Below are positions 21,564-31,856 of a stretch of 64,000 nt of DNA, piece after piece. The stretch covers positions 352,001-416,000 of the forward strand of contig CAWFGE010000010.1 in assembly GCA_963815195.1 (NCBI GenBank). Reading direction: 5' to 3'. A model generated the notes under the pieces. That model was not told where the DNA came from, did no database searches, and saw nothing but the letters and a program-made list of their open reading frames with translations. A program made the position numbers and the translations under genes. This DNA comes from an uncultured Planctomycetaceae bacterium. Lineage in GTDB: Bacteria; Planctomycetota; Planctomycetia; Planctomycetales; Planctomycetaceae. Position 1 is the first letter of the stretch, and every line of letters starts with the position of its first letter.

Positions 21564-23048
21564 ATGCCGCCGCGTGAGGACATTCTTTCGGAACTGCCGG
21601 CCCCCAATGCCGACGAACCGGGTGCGCTGCGGCGGGATATTTTGGATGAACTCGCGGACCATCTGGAATGTGCGGCCCGGCGGGAAGCGTTGTCCCATCC
21701 GGATCCCCACGACGTGGAACGCCGGGTGCTCGCAAGGTTCGGCAACCCTCAGAAAATCGCCCGTCAACTTTGGTTCGAGGCCATGAAGGAGAAACTCATG
21801 CTGCAAAAACTCACGCTAGCCCTCGTCACAATCGTGGCAGTCGGCTCCGCCCTCGCCTGCGGCTTCATGCTGTCGTTAGCCCGCGACTTCCAAGCCGCCA
21901 GCAGCGAACTGTTAACCCAAAGCCGCGAGGCGAACGAGGCACTGCTTGCGCAACTCAAGGCGATGAACAACCGCAAAACCGAAGAACCGAACCTCATGGA
22001 ATGGGTGCCGGTCAAGGTGCAAGTTCTTGAAAACAATGAAGAGCGAACGCCCGGCGCGGGGTTCTCCGTCACACTGCGCGGGAATGCGATCTCCGAATCA
22101 CAAGGTGCCCAGCTCGAGGAAAAGACGGACGAATCCGGAATTGCTGATTTCGATGTGATCCGGCCCGGCTCATACTCCATCACCGTCCAAACGACCTGGG
22201 GAGAACAGGCAACCGAAATGTTTGTGGTCAAACCCGGAGCGCCCCATGTTGAGAAAGTGCTTGCCCCGAAACCGCCGAAACCGCATCTCGTGAAGCCTTC
22301 GATCCAATGGCCCAAGGAATTGAAAGACGCGGACGTGGCCGCATTGATGACAATTTCGAGCGCCGACAAGACCAAGGTCGATGATCAACTCTGGAAGAGT
22401 CTCCGCAGAGAGCACCTGCTAATACGCCCCGACGGACGGCTGGCGGTTTATTCCGCTGCGTCGGAAAACCAAGCTCAAAACAACCCATCACGACCGCCGA
22501 AGGAACACTACGCCTTTGACACGATCATCCACATCGAATCCAAGCCGGAAGTTTATCAGGAGACCCTGCCTTGGAGAGGCCAAGCGGCTTATCTCTCGGA
22601 GTTGCGACTCGTCAAATTGCCGCAAGACGCCGAGTTCCCCAACAGCGGCGACTTCCTCGACCTCCATTTCCTCGAAATGTTAGGTCCTAACTTTGGCAAA
22701 GGGCATACCTCTCAAGTGATGTACTACGTTCAAACCGAGCCGAAGGAGGGGGAGGAGAAACCTCAGGTCTGGTCGATCGATTTGCACTTTGGTTTGGAAG
22801 TCGATTTCAGCCAGTTGATGGCCGTTGTCAAACAGTTTCCTCAATATCCTTCTGCCGAAGTGGCGAGTTCCTTCGCCTTACTTTCGGGGGCGGACAAGGA
22901 TAAAAACGGGATGATTTCCAAGGCAGAAATTCGTTTTGTAGACCGAAATGTTTTTGGCCTACCGTTTCTGGAGATTGAGTCTGAAAAACTCCCTCTTTCG
23001 TTGGAAACATTTTTCAAAGATTCGCTCGAATACAAAAAGGACCAATAA
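21564..23048 (+). CDS. Tandem paralog of the preceding PadR-associated membrane protein
   Basis: Same architecture: DELADHL...RFGNPQKIARQLW, TM, TDESGIADFDVIRPG, DKDKNGMISKAE. Confidence 0.75.
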   Translation: MPPREDILSELPAPNADEPGALRRDILDELADHLECAARREALSHPDPHDVERRVLARFGNPQKIARQLWFEAMKEKLMLQKLTLALVTIVAVGSALACGFMLSLARDFQAASSELLTQSREANEALLAQLKAMNNRKTEEPNLMEWVPVKVQVLENNEERTPGAGFSVTLRGNAISESQGAQLEEKTDESGIADFDVIRPGSYSITVQTTWGEQATEMFVVKPGAPHVEKVLAPKPPKPHLVKPSIQWPKELKDADVAALMTISSADKTKVDDQLWKSLRREHLLIRPDGRLAVYSAASENQAQNNPSRPPKEHYAFDTIIHIESKPEVYQETLPWRGQAAYLSELRLVKLPQDAEFPNSGDFLDLHFLEMLGPNFGKGHTSQVMYYVQTEPKEGEEKPQVWSIDLHFGLEVDFSQLMAVVKQFPQYPSAEVASSFALLSGADKDKNGMISKAEIRFVDRNVFGLPFLEIESEKLPLSLETFFKDSLEYKKDQ

Positions 23049-23057
23049 CCACCCTGC

Positions 23058-23180
23058 TCATGAAACTTCCGCCAGGGCTTTTTCCCGTGCTTCGTTGAGC
23101 AGCCCCATCCAGGGTTTCATATAGTGCCCGTGGTCGTGAAACGTGCGGCCGCTGATGAGGTTGCCGTCGATCACGCAAGG
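23058..23180 (-). pseudogene. 3' remnant of a DJ-1/PfpI family gene
   Basis: The frame of ORF 23058..23516 ends PCVIDGNLISGRTFHDHGHYMKPWMGLLNEAR, matching the PfpI C-terminal VxDGNLxSxR motif; there is no PfpI N-terminus upstream. Confidence 0.6.
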
Positions 23181-23697
23181 ATATGGAGTAATAGAGGAAC
23201 GGCAGAAAGCCGAACACCGACGGAAAAAAGGCCATCCCATACATGGACGACCGAAAGGCGCGGAGGGCCATTTCGTCCGCGGTGAGGGGCGGAGTTTCCA
23301 CGGTTTCCCAGACGTTCTCGTCCTCTTCGGGAGTGTCCGCGACTGGGGCCGATGCGGTGTCGGCGGCCTCGGCGTAACACGCTCCGCAAGACCAGCACGT
23401 CTCGAAACCCGCATCCACCGTCTCGCCACAATGCGTGCACTTCCAAGGACCGACGGTCTCGGTGGCTTCTTCCGAATGTTTCGCGGTCTCCAGAATCCGG
23501 GCGGATTTCTCGGCATCGTGCTCGGCGACTTGCAGCTTCACGCCGCCCAAAGCCGGCCCGACGATCCACAGCATGTTGGTGGATTCCGCGCCGGAGACGT
23601 AAGCGTGAACGCCTTCCCGCTCCAAGAGCCACTTGGCGAAGCTGGCTTGTTGGGGATTGCCGAATTCCGCAACCGTCACCAAATCGTCCGCGAGCAT
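23181..23697 (-). CDS. DUF2007-like protein with a zinc finger and TM, probably 3'-truncated (ORF reads on to 23014)
   Basis: LVTVAEF...LEREGVHAYV...GGVKLQV, WKCTHC...TCWSC, then a hydrophobic segment that breaks off at about 23180. Confidence 0.7.
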
Positions 23698-23712
23698 CGG
23701 GCGGCCGCCTGT

Positions 23713-23901
23713 CTAGCGGAAATCCTGGTAGGAGTCCCAGCACATATAGAGAATGCCGGCGGCGCTTAAGAGCAGGGCGATATCCAGAAACGTCATCTTG
23801 TTAAACGGGATTCCGGTGATGAAATCCATCACCGCCAACAAGGCGACCAAACCGGAGACCGCCCCTGAGCCAATGACCATGCTTTTCGGGATATTTGCCA
23901 T
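23713..23901 (-). CDS. Small two-TM membrane protein
   Basis: 62 aa with two hydrophobic helices, co-directional with the next gene. Confidence 0.7.
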   Translation of the reverse strand: MANIPKSMVIGSGAVSGLVALLAVMDFITGIPFNKMTFLDIALLLSAAGILYMCWDSYQDFR

Positions 23902-24048
23902 AATGACCGTTCGCTGTGCCCGCCAGGTTTTGCTAATGGATGAAGAAGAGGGGGGAATATTCGGAGAGGCTCCGAAGGGGATGTTCCCTCATTATAAAGC
24001 GGCCCCGTGCCCCAAATCCAGCCTGGAATTGGAAAACGGATGGCAACA

Positions 24049-24127
24049 GTGGCAACGTTCCTGAGCGCAGCGAAGGGCGTGGTGATCGCAAAGACCACGG
24101 CCGTCGCTGCGCTCAGGGACGTGCCAC
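24049..24127. repeat. REP-like long palindrome
   Basis: GTGGCAACGTTCCTGAGCGCAGCGAAGGGCGTGGT...ACCACGGCCGTCGCTGCGCTCAGGGACGTGCCAC. Confidence 0.8.
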
Positions 24128-24204
24128 CCACAGTTAAATATTATTCCACGCGGGGGAGTTGTTGCGCAGATTTTTCAGGGAAGGGCAAGGTCTCCAGAAG
24201 GCCG

Positions 24205-24342
24205 ATGGCCAACCTCTGCGGTGCCGACTTGCGAGGAGCGATATTGGCCGAGGTCGATTTTTATCTCGTCGATCTCCGCGGGGCGATTTATGATCCCGAG
24301 CAGGAATTTCACCTCCGGCGGTCCGGGGCGATCTTGTCCTGA
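24205..24342 (+). pseudogene. C-terminal remnant of a pentapeptide-repeat protein
   Basis: ANLCG ADLRG AILAE VDFYL VDLRG pentapeptide repeats; no credible upstream coding region. Confidence 0.55.
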
Positions 24343-24346
24343 CCGC

Positions 24347-25441
24347 TTATTCCGGGGGGTCGAGCCGGAAGAGCTTGGGGCCGGCATCGTCCGTCAGCGG
24401 GTCGAAGTTCGCGGGCGGCGGTTCGTCGAAGCGGAATCGCAACCTGAGGCCCTGGCTTTGCCAGCTTTTCGGGTCGAGCGAGATTTTGCCGGCCGGCGTT
24501 GTCGCGGCCGTCTCGGAGGGACGGGCTTTGGTTGGGGCTTTTTCCGCCGTGGCGGGGGGTGTCGCGGGTGCGGCAGGGGTCTCGGGAGCCGGTTTCGATT
24601 TCGCTTCCGTTTTCTCCGGCGTGGCGGCGATTTTCTCCGGCGGCTTGGCGGGTGTTTCCTTTTTGTCGTTTTCGTTTTCTTTGGCTTTTCTTTTGTGGAA
24701 GTTCGGATTGAAATACGCGGGCTTGTTGTAATCCACGACCGGAGGCGGCGGGGTTCCTTTGGTTTCGTTCATCAGCAGCGAAAAGCCCAACTTCGTCCCG
24801 GCGAACTGCGTGCCGCCTTCGTAGATGTCGCCCCGCTGAAACGGTCCCGCACCGAGAAACCACGTGTCCTTGGCGGTGCTGCGAACGGGGGCGACGCCCG
24901 ATTGCCAGACCGGTTCCCCGCTTTCGCGGTGATAGGCGAAGGCCCCGATTTTCGCCGCCGCCAGTTGCTCGTTGCGTTTGGCCAAGGCCAATTCCGGCAA
25001 CGAGGGCAACGAAGGCGAATTGGGGACGAGGCTGGAAGCGGCGTTCAGGAAATTGTTGGCCGGCATCCCGTAGGTGACTTCATGCCGATCCGTGCCCAGG
25101 GCTCCGATCCGGGCTTCCACGACGTAGTCCGCCTCCTCTTTTTTGTCCTGGAGCAAACACCGGGCCGCCACGAGTTGCTGCCGGAGCGAGCTGGTGATGT
25201 ACTCCGCGTTGACGAACCCAACGCCTTTGATGTTCTTGAGATAGGTCGTATCGAAATAGACGGATTGCCCGGAGAGCGCACGGAAGTCGAGTTGGGCCAC
25301 GCTGCGGTCGACGGCATTGGAGGTCAGAAGCTGCTCGGTCGCATCCCGTTGCTGCGTGGAACCGCACCCCAGCACTCCGAGGGAGAGCAGGACCCAGGCA
25401 GCCCACCGATGGAACGAGGCACCCATCTGCATCGAACGCAA
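24347..25441 (-). CDS. Lipoprotein, DUF6655-like, with a Pro/Ala/Lys-rich tail
   Basis: Lipobox [34 protein letters not shown]. Confidence 0.75.
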   Translation of the reverse strand: MRSMQMGASFHRWAAWVLLSLGVLGCGSTQQRDATEQLLTSNAVDRSVAQLDFRALSGQSVYFDTTYLKNIKGVGFVNAEYITSSLRQQLVAARCLLQDKKEEADYVVEARIGALGTDRHEVTYGMPANNFLNAASSLVPNSPSLPSLPELALAKRNEQLAAAKIGAFAYHRESGEPVWQSGVAPVRSTAKDTWFLGAGPFQRGDIYEGGTQFAGTKLGFSLLMNETKGTPPPPVVDYNKPAYFNPNFHKRKAKENENDKKETPAKPPEKIAATPEKTEAKSKPAPETPAAPATPPATAEKAPTKARPSETAATTPAGKISLDPKSWQSQGLRLRFRFDEPPPANFDPLTDDAGPKLFRLDPPE

Positions 25442-25540
25442 AAACCAGAATCAAATGCGAAGGAAATGTGAGAGAGGCCGCGAAGTATAATGGTTTTGCG
25501 ATGCGAGGCTAGAGCGCTCCGTTGCGAATTATTTGAGAGA

Positions 25541-27229
25541 TCAATAGTCGAACTGCAATCGCATGCCGAAGCCGTAGAGGCTGCCGTTGCTGGCCGGGGT
25601 GTTGGCGGTGGTGCGGTTTTCGTAAATTCCGTCCCAGATGATGCGGGTGTTGGGATTGGCGATCCAGTTGACCGCCAGCGAGACGTCGTTGACCCTTGCG
25701 GAGGAGGCCGAGTATCCGGACGGGTTCGTCGCCCCGCCGTTGACGCCGCCCAGGTCGTTCAAATTGAGGGTGGAGTAGCGGGCCCCGATCATCCACGCGC
25801 CCCAGCCGCCGTCGCTGGTGGAGAAATTGTGGAACGGAATGAGCCGGCCCCAGCGGCCCAATTTGCGGTCGTAGGGGATAAATTCGCCGGTCAACAGGTA
25901 GTTGGCCTGGACGTACCAGCTATTGCCGTACCACGTTCCCAGGACCGGGCCGCTGCGGCCGCTGGCGAAAGTGCGCACCCCGCCGGCCCAGGCCATGTAG
26001 TATTCCGACTGGATGCTGAGCGAACCGTATTGAAAGACAAACTCCGGCACCAATCGGGATTCGTTGTTGGCGAACATCCGGGCTTCGCTGACGATGGGGT
26101 GCACCTGGTTCGAGCCGTTCCGCAGCAGCGTGCGGGCGCGGAAGCGGGCGATGCCGTTGTCGGTGTCGGCATACATGCCCCCGACGCCCAGGTGCAACAG
26201 GTATTTGCCTTCCTCTTCAAACCAGGGGGTGATCACCGTCCGGCCTTCCGCCATGTAGGCGCCGGACTGCGTGTCGAAGAAAAACCCGCTGCGGTTGTTC
26301 TTCGCGATGCCCGCTTGATAGACCCATGCGGCATTCTCCGTGTGGTTCAGCATCACGATCGACGGGATAAACCCGTTGTCCTGGTCTTCGACAAACGCGT
26401 CCCAGCCGAGGGAGCGCTCCATGAAGTTCTGGAATCGGCTGCTGGTGAAATTCTCAAAGCTCCACAAGGGCTTTTGATTCCCGAGGCGGATGTTGCGGAA
26501 GATCGGCAAGTGCGTGAACATCCCGAAGACTTCCGTGGGGTTGGGGGAGTTGATGACGGAGGTGTTCGTGCCGGACGCATTGCGGACCGTTGTCGCCAGG
26601 TTGAAATCGTATTGGATCATGTATTCAAAGTTATTGTACATCGTACCCTTCGCCCCCAACCGGCCGCGGCGGATGTTGATGCCGTCCGTCACCGGGCCGA
26701 TCGCGCCCGGACCGGCAAACTGGACCTGGTTCTCGGCATTCAGCCAGACGGTATCGAGGTTGACCTCCACATCCGGGCGGAGGACGAAATTCCCGGTCGA
26801 CGAACGGAACTGCCAGCCCTCATCGAAGAGGCCTTTCAGCACCGATTCATCCTGCGCCTGGGCCGCCGGCCCCGACGTGCCTGTGATCTCCGGATCCGGA
26901 AGCCCGAATTCGCGGTCCATCGGGGAATCCTGACCGCTCAAGTCCACGGGTGGCACGTTTTGTCCGTTGGCGTTGCTCTGGGGACGATCGACCCGTTCCC
27001 GCAGACGTTGGACCTCGGCGGAGAGTTCCCGCACCTGTTGCTGCAAATCATTCTGCTGATTGGCCGTGGTCGAGACCGGCTCCGTTTCAGCCGGGCGGCG
27101 GGCCCCATAAAACATCTGGTCTGGATCAACCGGTCTGAAAGTTTGATCCTGCCCGGCTGCCGTTCCGCAGCAAGCCCCGAGCAGCACACAAAAAATCAAC
27201 TCACAAAAACCTGAGCGCGATCGAGACAT
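25541..27229 (-). CDS. OprO/OprP-family phosphate-selective porin
   Basis: Signal peptide, coiled coil, IRRGRLGAKG, FMERS, SWYVQANYLLTGE, C-terminal MRLQFDY. Confidence 0.85.
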   Translation of the reverse strand: MSRSRSGFCELIFCVLLGACCGTAAGQDQTFRPVDPDQMFYGARRPAETEPVSTTANQQNDLQQQVRELSAEVQRLRERVDRPQSNANGQNVPPVDLSGQDSPMDREFGLPDPEITGTSGPAAQAQDESVLKGLFDEGWQFRSSTGNFVLRPDVEVNLDTVWLNAENQVQFAGPGAIGPVTDGINIRRGRLGAKGTMYNNFEYMIQYDFNLATTVRNASGTNTSVINSPNPTEVFGMFTHLPIFRNIRLGNQKPLWSFENFTSSRFQNFMERSLGWDAFVEDQDNGFIPSIVMLNHTENAAWVYQAGIAKNNRSGFFFDTQSGAYMAEGRTVITPWFEEEGKYLLHLGVGGMYADTDNGIARFRARTLLRNGSNQVHPIVSEARMFANNESRLVPEFVFQYGSLSIQSEYYMAWAGGVRTFASGRSGPVLGTWYGNSWYVQANYLLTGEFIPYDRKLGRWGRLIPFHNFSTSDGGWGAWMIGARYSTLNLNDLGGVNGGATNPSGYSASSARVNDVSLAVNWIANPNTRIIWDGIYENRTTANTPASNGSLYGFGMRLQFDY

Positions 27230-27485
27230 CCGTGTTCCCAGAAAGCTGAAGATTCCATTTGCATACCGGCCAATGCATCCGTTCACATCGACCCACCGGT
27301 TGTCAAGGCGCACCGATTAGGTAAACCTTGAGGGTTGTGAGGGTTTCATCGATCATTCCGATTGGGCTGCATTAACGAATGCTAATTATTCGCGCCGGTA
27401 TTAACAAAGACTTCATGATTCCGGTGAGTTTTTGAATATTTCTTAACATTCGCTTCCGCGGAGGTTTAGAACGGTTGTTCTCCTC

Positions 27486-28100
27486 TTACGCTTCGGTCTG
27501 GCCCACCGGCGGGAGGAATTTGTCCAGAGGATCCGGCTCGCCGGCTTTTTCGAAGTAGCCGGGGTTTTCCAGCCCGAACCCGTTCGCCACGCGGTTGAAG
27601 AACGCGAACATGGCGGTGATGTACACCGCCTCGGCGATCTGCGGGTCCGTCCAGCCCGCATCGCGGAGCTTCTGCACTTCTTCCGGCGTGTTGCGGTAGG
27701 ACTCGTGCGTGAGCAACTTCGCAAACCGCAGCAGGGCCTTCTCCGCCTCGGTGATGGGAGCCTCCTCGATTTCGCCCCGGCCGATGTGCTCGACCGCGGC
27801 GTCCTCGGCTCCCTGCCTGTGCAAAAAGTACGCGTGCGAATGCATGCAGTATGGGCAGCGGTTCTGGCCCGAGACCAAGGTGGCGATCATCTCCTTAACC
27901 CGCTCCGGCAGATGCCCGTCGCAAAAGTGGATCTGCCAACTGAAATCCATCACCTGCTGCATAAAGTCCGGCCGATGGCTGAAGCACTTGATGATGTCGG
28001 CCACCTTCGTGCGGTCGGGACGCTTCTGAAAATAGAAATCGTACCCCCGGGCCACGTCCCCTTGGGCATCTTTCTCTTCGATCCACTCGATGAACGGCAT
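27486..28100 (-). CDS. AhpD/carboxymuconolactone decarboxylase family peroxidase-related enzyme
   Basis: KEMIATLVSGQNRCPYCMHSH and FAFFNRVANGFG. Confidence 0.88.
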   Translation of the reverse strand: MPFIEWIEEKDAQGDVARGYDFYFQKRPDRTKVADIIKCFSHRPDFMQQVMDFSWQIHFCDGHLPERVKEMIATLVSGQNRCPYCMHSHAYFLHRQGAEDAAVEHIGRGEIEEAPITEAEKALLRFAKLLTHESYRNTPEEVQKLRDAGWTDPQIAEAVYITAMFAFFNRVANGFGLENPGYFEKAGEPDPLDKFLPPVGQTEA

Positions 28101-28333
28101 GACGGTCTCCCTTGGCAAAAAAAATGATCGGACACGCAAGGCTCGACCCCCGCTGCGGACGCATTGCCCCCATCTAACCATACGCGGGAGCCTGCATCAA
28201 CCATCTCAACAGGCACTGGCGTGCTTTTGAGAACGAATTGGGTTATAATCAAAGCACAACTCCCACACATCCCCTTCACCATCTTGACGATCACCTCGGG
28301 TTTGTTCTTCGTCTCGAAAGACAGGGTGCTTCC

Positions 28334-28633
28334 ATGATTAACACAGAACGGGTTCACGGTTTGGTCCTTCGCTGGCAGACCGCCTTGAGCCACCGCAACT
28401 TCGATTCCCGATGGGAAACCACAAAAGCCACGAGATCGATTATTCACCTGATCGAGAAATTTCCGGAAACCCCGGCCCTGGAAGTCATGGATTGGGTCGC
28501 GGGCATCATCGAAAAGGGCGAAGCCCCGATGACGTTCGGCGACGTGGCCGATGTCTCGTCCCCGATGGAATTGATCCGCAACGACTACCGCGGGTTTCGG
28601 ATGGTATTGGCGCTGTGCCCCATCCGGTGTTAA
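28334..28633 (+). CDS. Hypothetical protein
   Basis: The ORF fills the gap and is followed by a hairpin/T-run; no motif recognised. Confidence 0.45.
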   Translation: MINTERVHGLVLRWQTALSHRNFDSRWETTKATRSIIHLIEKFPETPALEVMDWVAGIIEKGEAPMTFGDVADVSSPMELIRNDYRGFRMVLALCPIRC

Positions 28634-28673
28634 CGCCCCACCGCCGGGCCGCTTTTTATCGAGTCTCCCTTCC

Positions 28674-28979
28674 ATGCCGACGCTCGTGTTCTCGCTCGAG
28701 AAGCCGGACCTGCCGCCGTTTTCGATGCCGGAGCGGTTCAAGCACGACATCATTTACTTCGGCACGCCCGCGGGCAACCCCGCCGCACCCGCGGCTTTGG
28801 CCAAAGGCGAGTGGTGGATGCCCCGCGAGGAGGCTCTCCGCATTTATGACGAAGGCGTGGTGCGGATCGTTTCGCCGCTCGACAGTTCGACCACGGCGGA
28901 ACTGGAAATCACCGAGGAGCAGGAAGATTGGCTCTCGTGGCTGATCGAGAACCAAATCGAACAGGTGCGGTTGCAATAG
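28674..28979 (+). CDS. Hypothetical protein
   Basis: Host-like codon usage and a globular acidic sequence (GVVRIVSPLDS...ELEITEEQEDWL). Confidence 0.7.
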   Translation: MPTLVFSLEKPDLPPFSMPERFKHDIIYFGTPAGNPAAPAALAKGEWWMPREEALRIYDEGVVRIVSPLDSSTTAELEITEEQEDWLSWLIENQIEQVRLQ

Positions 28980-29152
28980 CGCCGCCTTTGTCCGAAGGCG
29001 TTTTTGAAGTGCTGCGTTCAAAAAGCACTGGGAAAGCCCGTCGCATACCTTTTGCGACTTTCCCGGGGCACACACCGTTGTAGAACCGGTCGAGTCCACT
29101 AAAATCAACGCGAAGCGAATCTCTCTGGACTCCTGACAACGGACCGAACGAC

Positions 29153-30736
29153 ATGACCGAATCCCCTCCCCGGCGCGCATTAGTCAGCGTGAGCAACAAG
29201 GACGGCCTCGCGCCTTTTGCGAAAGGCCTTGCCGAGCTTGGTTTTGAAATTCTTTCCACCGGCGGGACGCGGCGGCATCTGGAGGAAGCGGGCATTCCCG
29301 TGATCGACGTCGCCCGCTACACCGGGTTTCCCGAAATGATGGAAGGCCGGGTGAAAACGCTGCACCCCAAGGTGCACGGCGCGATTTTGGGCCGGCCCGA
29401 CGTGCCCGGCGACGCGGCCGCGATGAAAGAGCACGGGATCGTTCCGTTTGAGATGGTGATCTGCAATTTGTATCCGTTTCAGGAGACAATCGCGAAGCCG
29501 GGCGTGACGGTCGAGGATGCCATCGAGCAAATCGACATCGGCGGCCCCAGCATGATCCGCTCCGCCGCGAAAAATCACGCCCGCGTCGCCGTCGTCACCC
29601 GCCCCGCCCAATACCCCGTGGTTCTCGAGGCCCTCAAAGGCGGCCACCTCGGCGATGCGTTCCGCCGGGAGTTGGCACTGGCCGCGTTCGAGATGACGGC
29701 CGACTACGACCGGGCGATCGCAAATTACTTTACGAAACTCGATCTGGAAACGCCCGGCGAAGAACAGCCCATGCCGGCGGCGCTCGATCTGAGCTTCCGC
29801 CGGGCGATGCCGCTGCGCTACGGCGAAAATCCGCATCAACAGGCGGCGTGGTATGTGGAACCGGACTTCCCGCCCGCGAGCCTGTCGGCGGCGAAGCAAC
29901 TCCACGGCAAGGAGCTGTCCTACAACAACCTGCTCGATCTGGATGCGGCCCTCAACATCGCACGGGAGTTTTCGGAACCCGCGGCTGTCGTCATCAAGCA
30001 CAACAACCCCTGCGGCTGCGGCATCGGCGAGACGCTCGCGGCGGCGTTCGACCGGGCCTACGCGGGCGATCCGGTGAGCGCGTTTGGTTCGATCATCGGC
30101 TTCAATCGACCGCTGGACGCGGCGACGGCGGAAAAACTGGCCGAGCCAGACCGCTTCGTGGAAGCCATCATCGCCCCCGCCTACGATCCCGATGCGTTCG
30201 AGATCCTCACCACCCGGCCGAAGTGGAAAAAAAACGTCCGCCTGATGGAATGCCCGGCGATGCTGGAAGACCGCGAAGCCAGTTGGGACTACCGCCGGGT
30301 CACGGGCGGATTGTTGGTGCAGAGCCGCGATGAATTGCCCGACGTGGAAGCGGAGTGGCAAGTCGTCACGACACGAAAGCCGACGGATGCGGAGCTTTCG
30401 GATCTCAGGTTCTCGTGGGCGGTGTGCAAGCACGTGAAGTCGAACGCGATCGTGTTCGCCCGCGGCGGGCAGGTCGTGGGTGTGGGAGCCGGTCAGATGA
30501 GCCGGCTGGATTCCGCGTTCATCGCCGCCCACAAAGCCGGCGAAAGAAGCCAAGGCGGCGTGGTGGCGTCGGACGCGTTTTTCCCCTTCCGCGACGGCGT
30601 GGACGAAGCGGCCCGGGCCGGCATCACCGCCGTGATCCAACCCGGCGGCTCGCGAAACGACGAAGAGGTCATCGCCGCCTGTAACGAGCACAACATGGCG
30701 ATGATCTTCACCGGCCGCCGGCACTTCCGGCATTGA
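29153..30736 (+). CDS. purH: Bifunctional AICAR transformylase/IMP cyclohydrolase
   Basis: [53 protein letters not shown]. Confidence 0.97.
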   Translation: MTESPPRRALVSVSNKDGLAPFAKGLAELGFEILSTGGTRRHLEEAGIPVIDVARYTGFPEMMEGRVKTLHPKVHGAILGRPDVPGDAAAMKEHGIVPFEMVICNLYPFQETIAKPGVTVEDAIEQIDIGGPSMIRSAAKNHARVAVVTRPAQYPVVLEALKGGHLGDAFRRELALAAFEMTADYDRAIANYFTKLDLETPGEEQPMPAALDLSFRRAMPLRYGENPHQQAAWYVEPDFPPASLSAAKQLHGKELSYNNLLDLDAALNIAREFSEPAAVVIKHNNPCGCGIGETLAAAFDRAYAGDPVSAFGSIIGFNRPLDAATAEKLAEPDRFVEAIIAPAYDPDAFEILTTRPKWKKNVRLMECPAMLEDREASWDYRRVTGGLLVQSRDELPDVEAEWQVVTTRKPTDAELSDLRFSWAVCKHVKSNAIVFARGGQVVGVGAGQMSRLDSAFIAAHKAGERSQGGVVASDAFFPFRDGVDEAARAGITAVIQPGGSRNDEEVIAACNEHNMAMIFTGRRHFRH

Positions 30737-30761
30737 TCAGAGGCCGGAGAGAGGTTCTTGG

Positions 30762-31835
30762 ATGTTGATTCTCTATTCCCCTTGGCCGTATCTAGTCGGC
30801 CTCGCGGTTTGGCTGATTTGTCTGGGGGTGCTGCTGCGGGTTTTGCTGCTGAAGCGCAGAAACGCCCGGCGGCGGCAGGGGACGCTGCACGGGTGGAATG
30901 CGGCGTTGTCCTGCTGGATGTTTCTGGCATGTTTGACGGCGTGCGAGTTGTTTTTCGCTTTGTTCGTCGACCACACCGACGCCATGAACGCCACCAATAT
31001 CTCCAAACGCTGGATCCTCCGGCACATCGACGGAGAAAAAAACAACATCGGGTTTCGCGATGCCCGCGATTTTTCCAAACGGCTGCCGGCGGGCGTCAAG
31101 AGGATTTGTTTCTTCGGCGACAGCTTTACCGCAGGGCATGGCGTCGCGGACAAGTCCGCGCGGTTTACGGACATCATCGGCGAGCGGTTGGACGAGGCCC
31201 ACCCGGGCAAATATGTGGTCGCCAACATGGGCGAGCTGGGTTACGAAGCCACGCTGGTGGAAGGCCTGGTGCGGGCGGCCCTTTCCGAGGGCAACCAAAT
31301 CGACATGGTCGTTTACGTCTACATGATGAACGATATCGAGGGACTCGATCCGCGCACGCGGGCGGCGATCAAGGGCCTGCAACAAAAGCAGCCGACGTTC
31401 TTTCTGTTCCGGGACACCTATTTTTTCAACTGGTTGTATTTCCGCATGGTGCAGACGGCGGGGCCTCGGGGCGGCGGGTATTTTTCGCATCTCGTGGATT
31501 CTTACGACTCGGAGCCCTGGGACCACCTCGCGAACCGGTTGAGGCAACTACATGTCAACTGCCGCGAGCATGGCGTGGAATTTCGGATGGTGCTGTTTCC
31601 CTTCCTGCACGATTTGGGGCCGGATTATCCGTTCAAGCGGGCCCACGCCAAGCTGGTGCAATTCTGCAAAGCGGAAGGCATCCCGGTGCTCGATCTGGAA
31701 CCTGTCTTGGAACCGCACGCCGGCGAAGGCCTGACGGTCAATCCCTACGATGCGCACCCCAACGAACGGGCCCACAAACTGGCGGCCGACGCGATCGAGA
31801 AATCGCTGCTGGGGGATGTGTTCGCCTCGGAGTAG
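30762..31835 (+). CDS. Membrane-anchored SGNH/GDSL hydrolase
   Basis: Two N-terminal TMs, [15 protein letters not shown]. Confidence 0.88.
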   Translation: MLILYSPWPYLVGLAVWLICLGVLLRVLLLKRRNARRRQGTLHGWNAALSCWMFLACLTACELFFALFVDHTDAMNATNISKRWILRHIDGEKNNIGFRDARDFSKRLPAGVKRICFFGDSFTAGHGVADKSARFTDIIGERLDEAHPGKYVVANMGELGYEATLVEGLVRAALSEGNQIDMVVYVYMMNDIEGLDPRTRAAIKGLQQKQPTFFLFRDTYFFNWLYFRMVQTAGPRGGGYFSHLVDSYDSEPWDHLANRLRQLHVNCREHGVEFRMVLFPFLHDLGPDYPFKRAHAKLVQFCKAEGIPVLDLEPVLEPHAGEGLTVNPYDAHPNERAHKLAADAIEKSLLGDVFASE

Positions 31836-31856
31836 AGCCCCGACAACGTTTCGGCT

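Noticed and set aside
27835..27865. Selenocysteine recoding in the AhpD-like CxxC motif
   Set aside because: Both positions are ordinary Cys codons and the ORF is continuous.
28980..29152. ZTP (pfl) riboswitch upstream of purH
   Set aside because: Hairpins are present but I could not find the conserved ZTP motifs; an Rfam scan would settle it.
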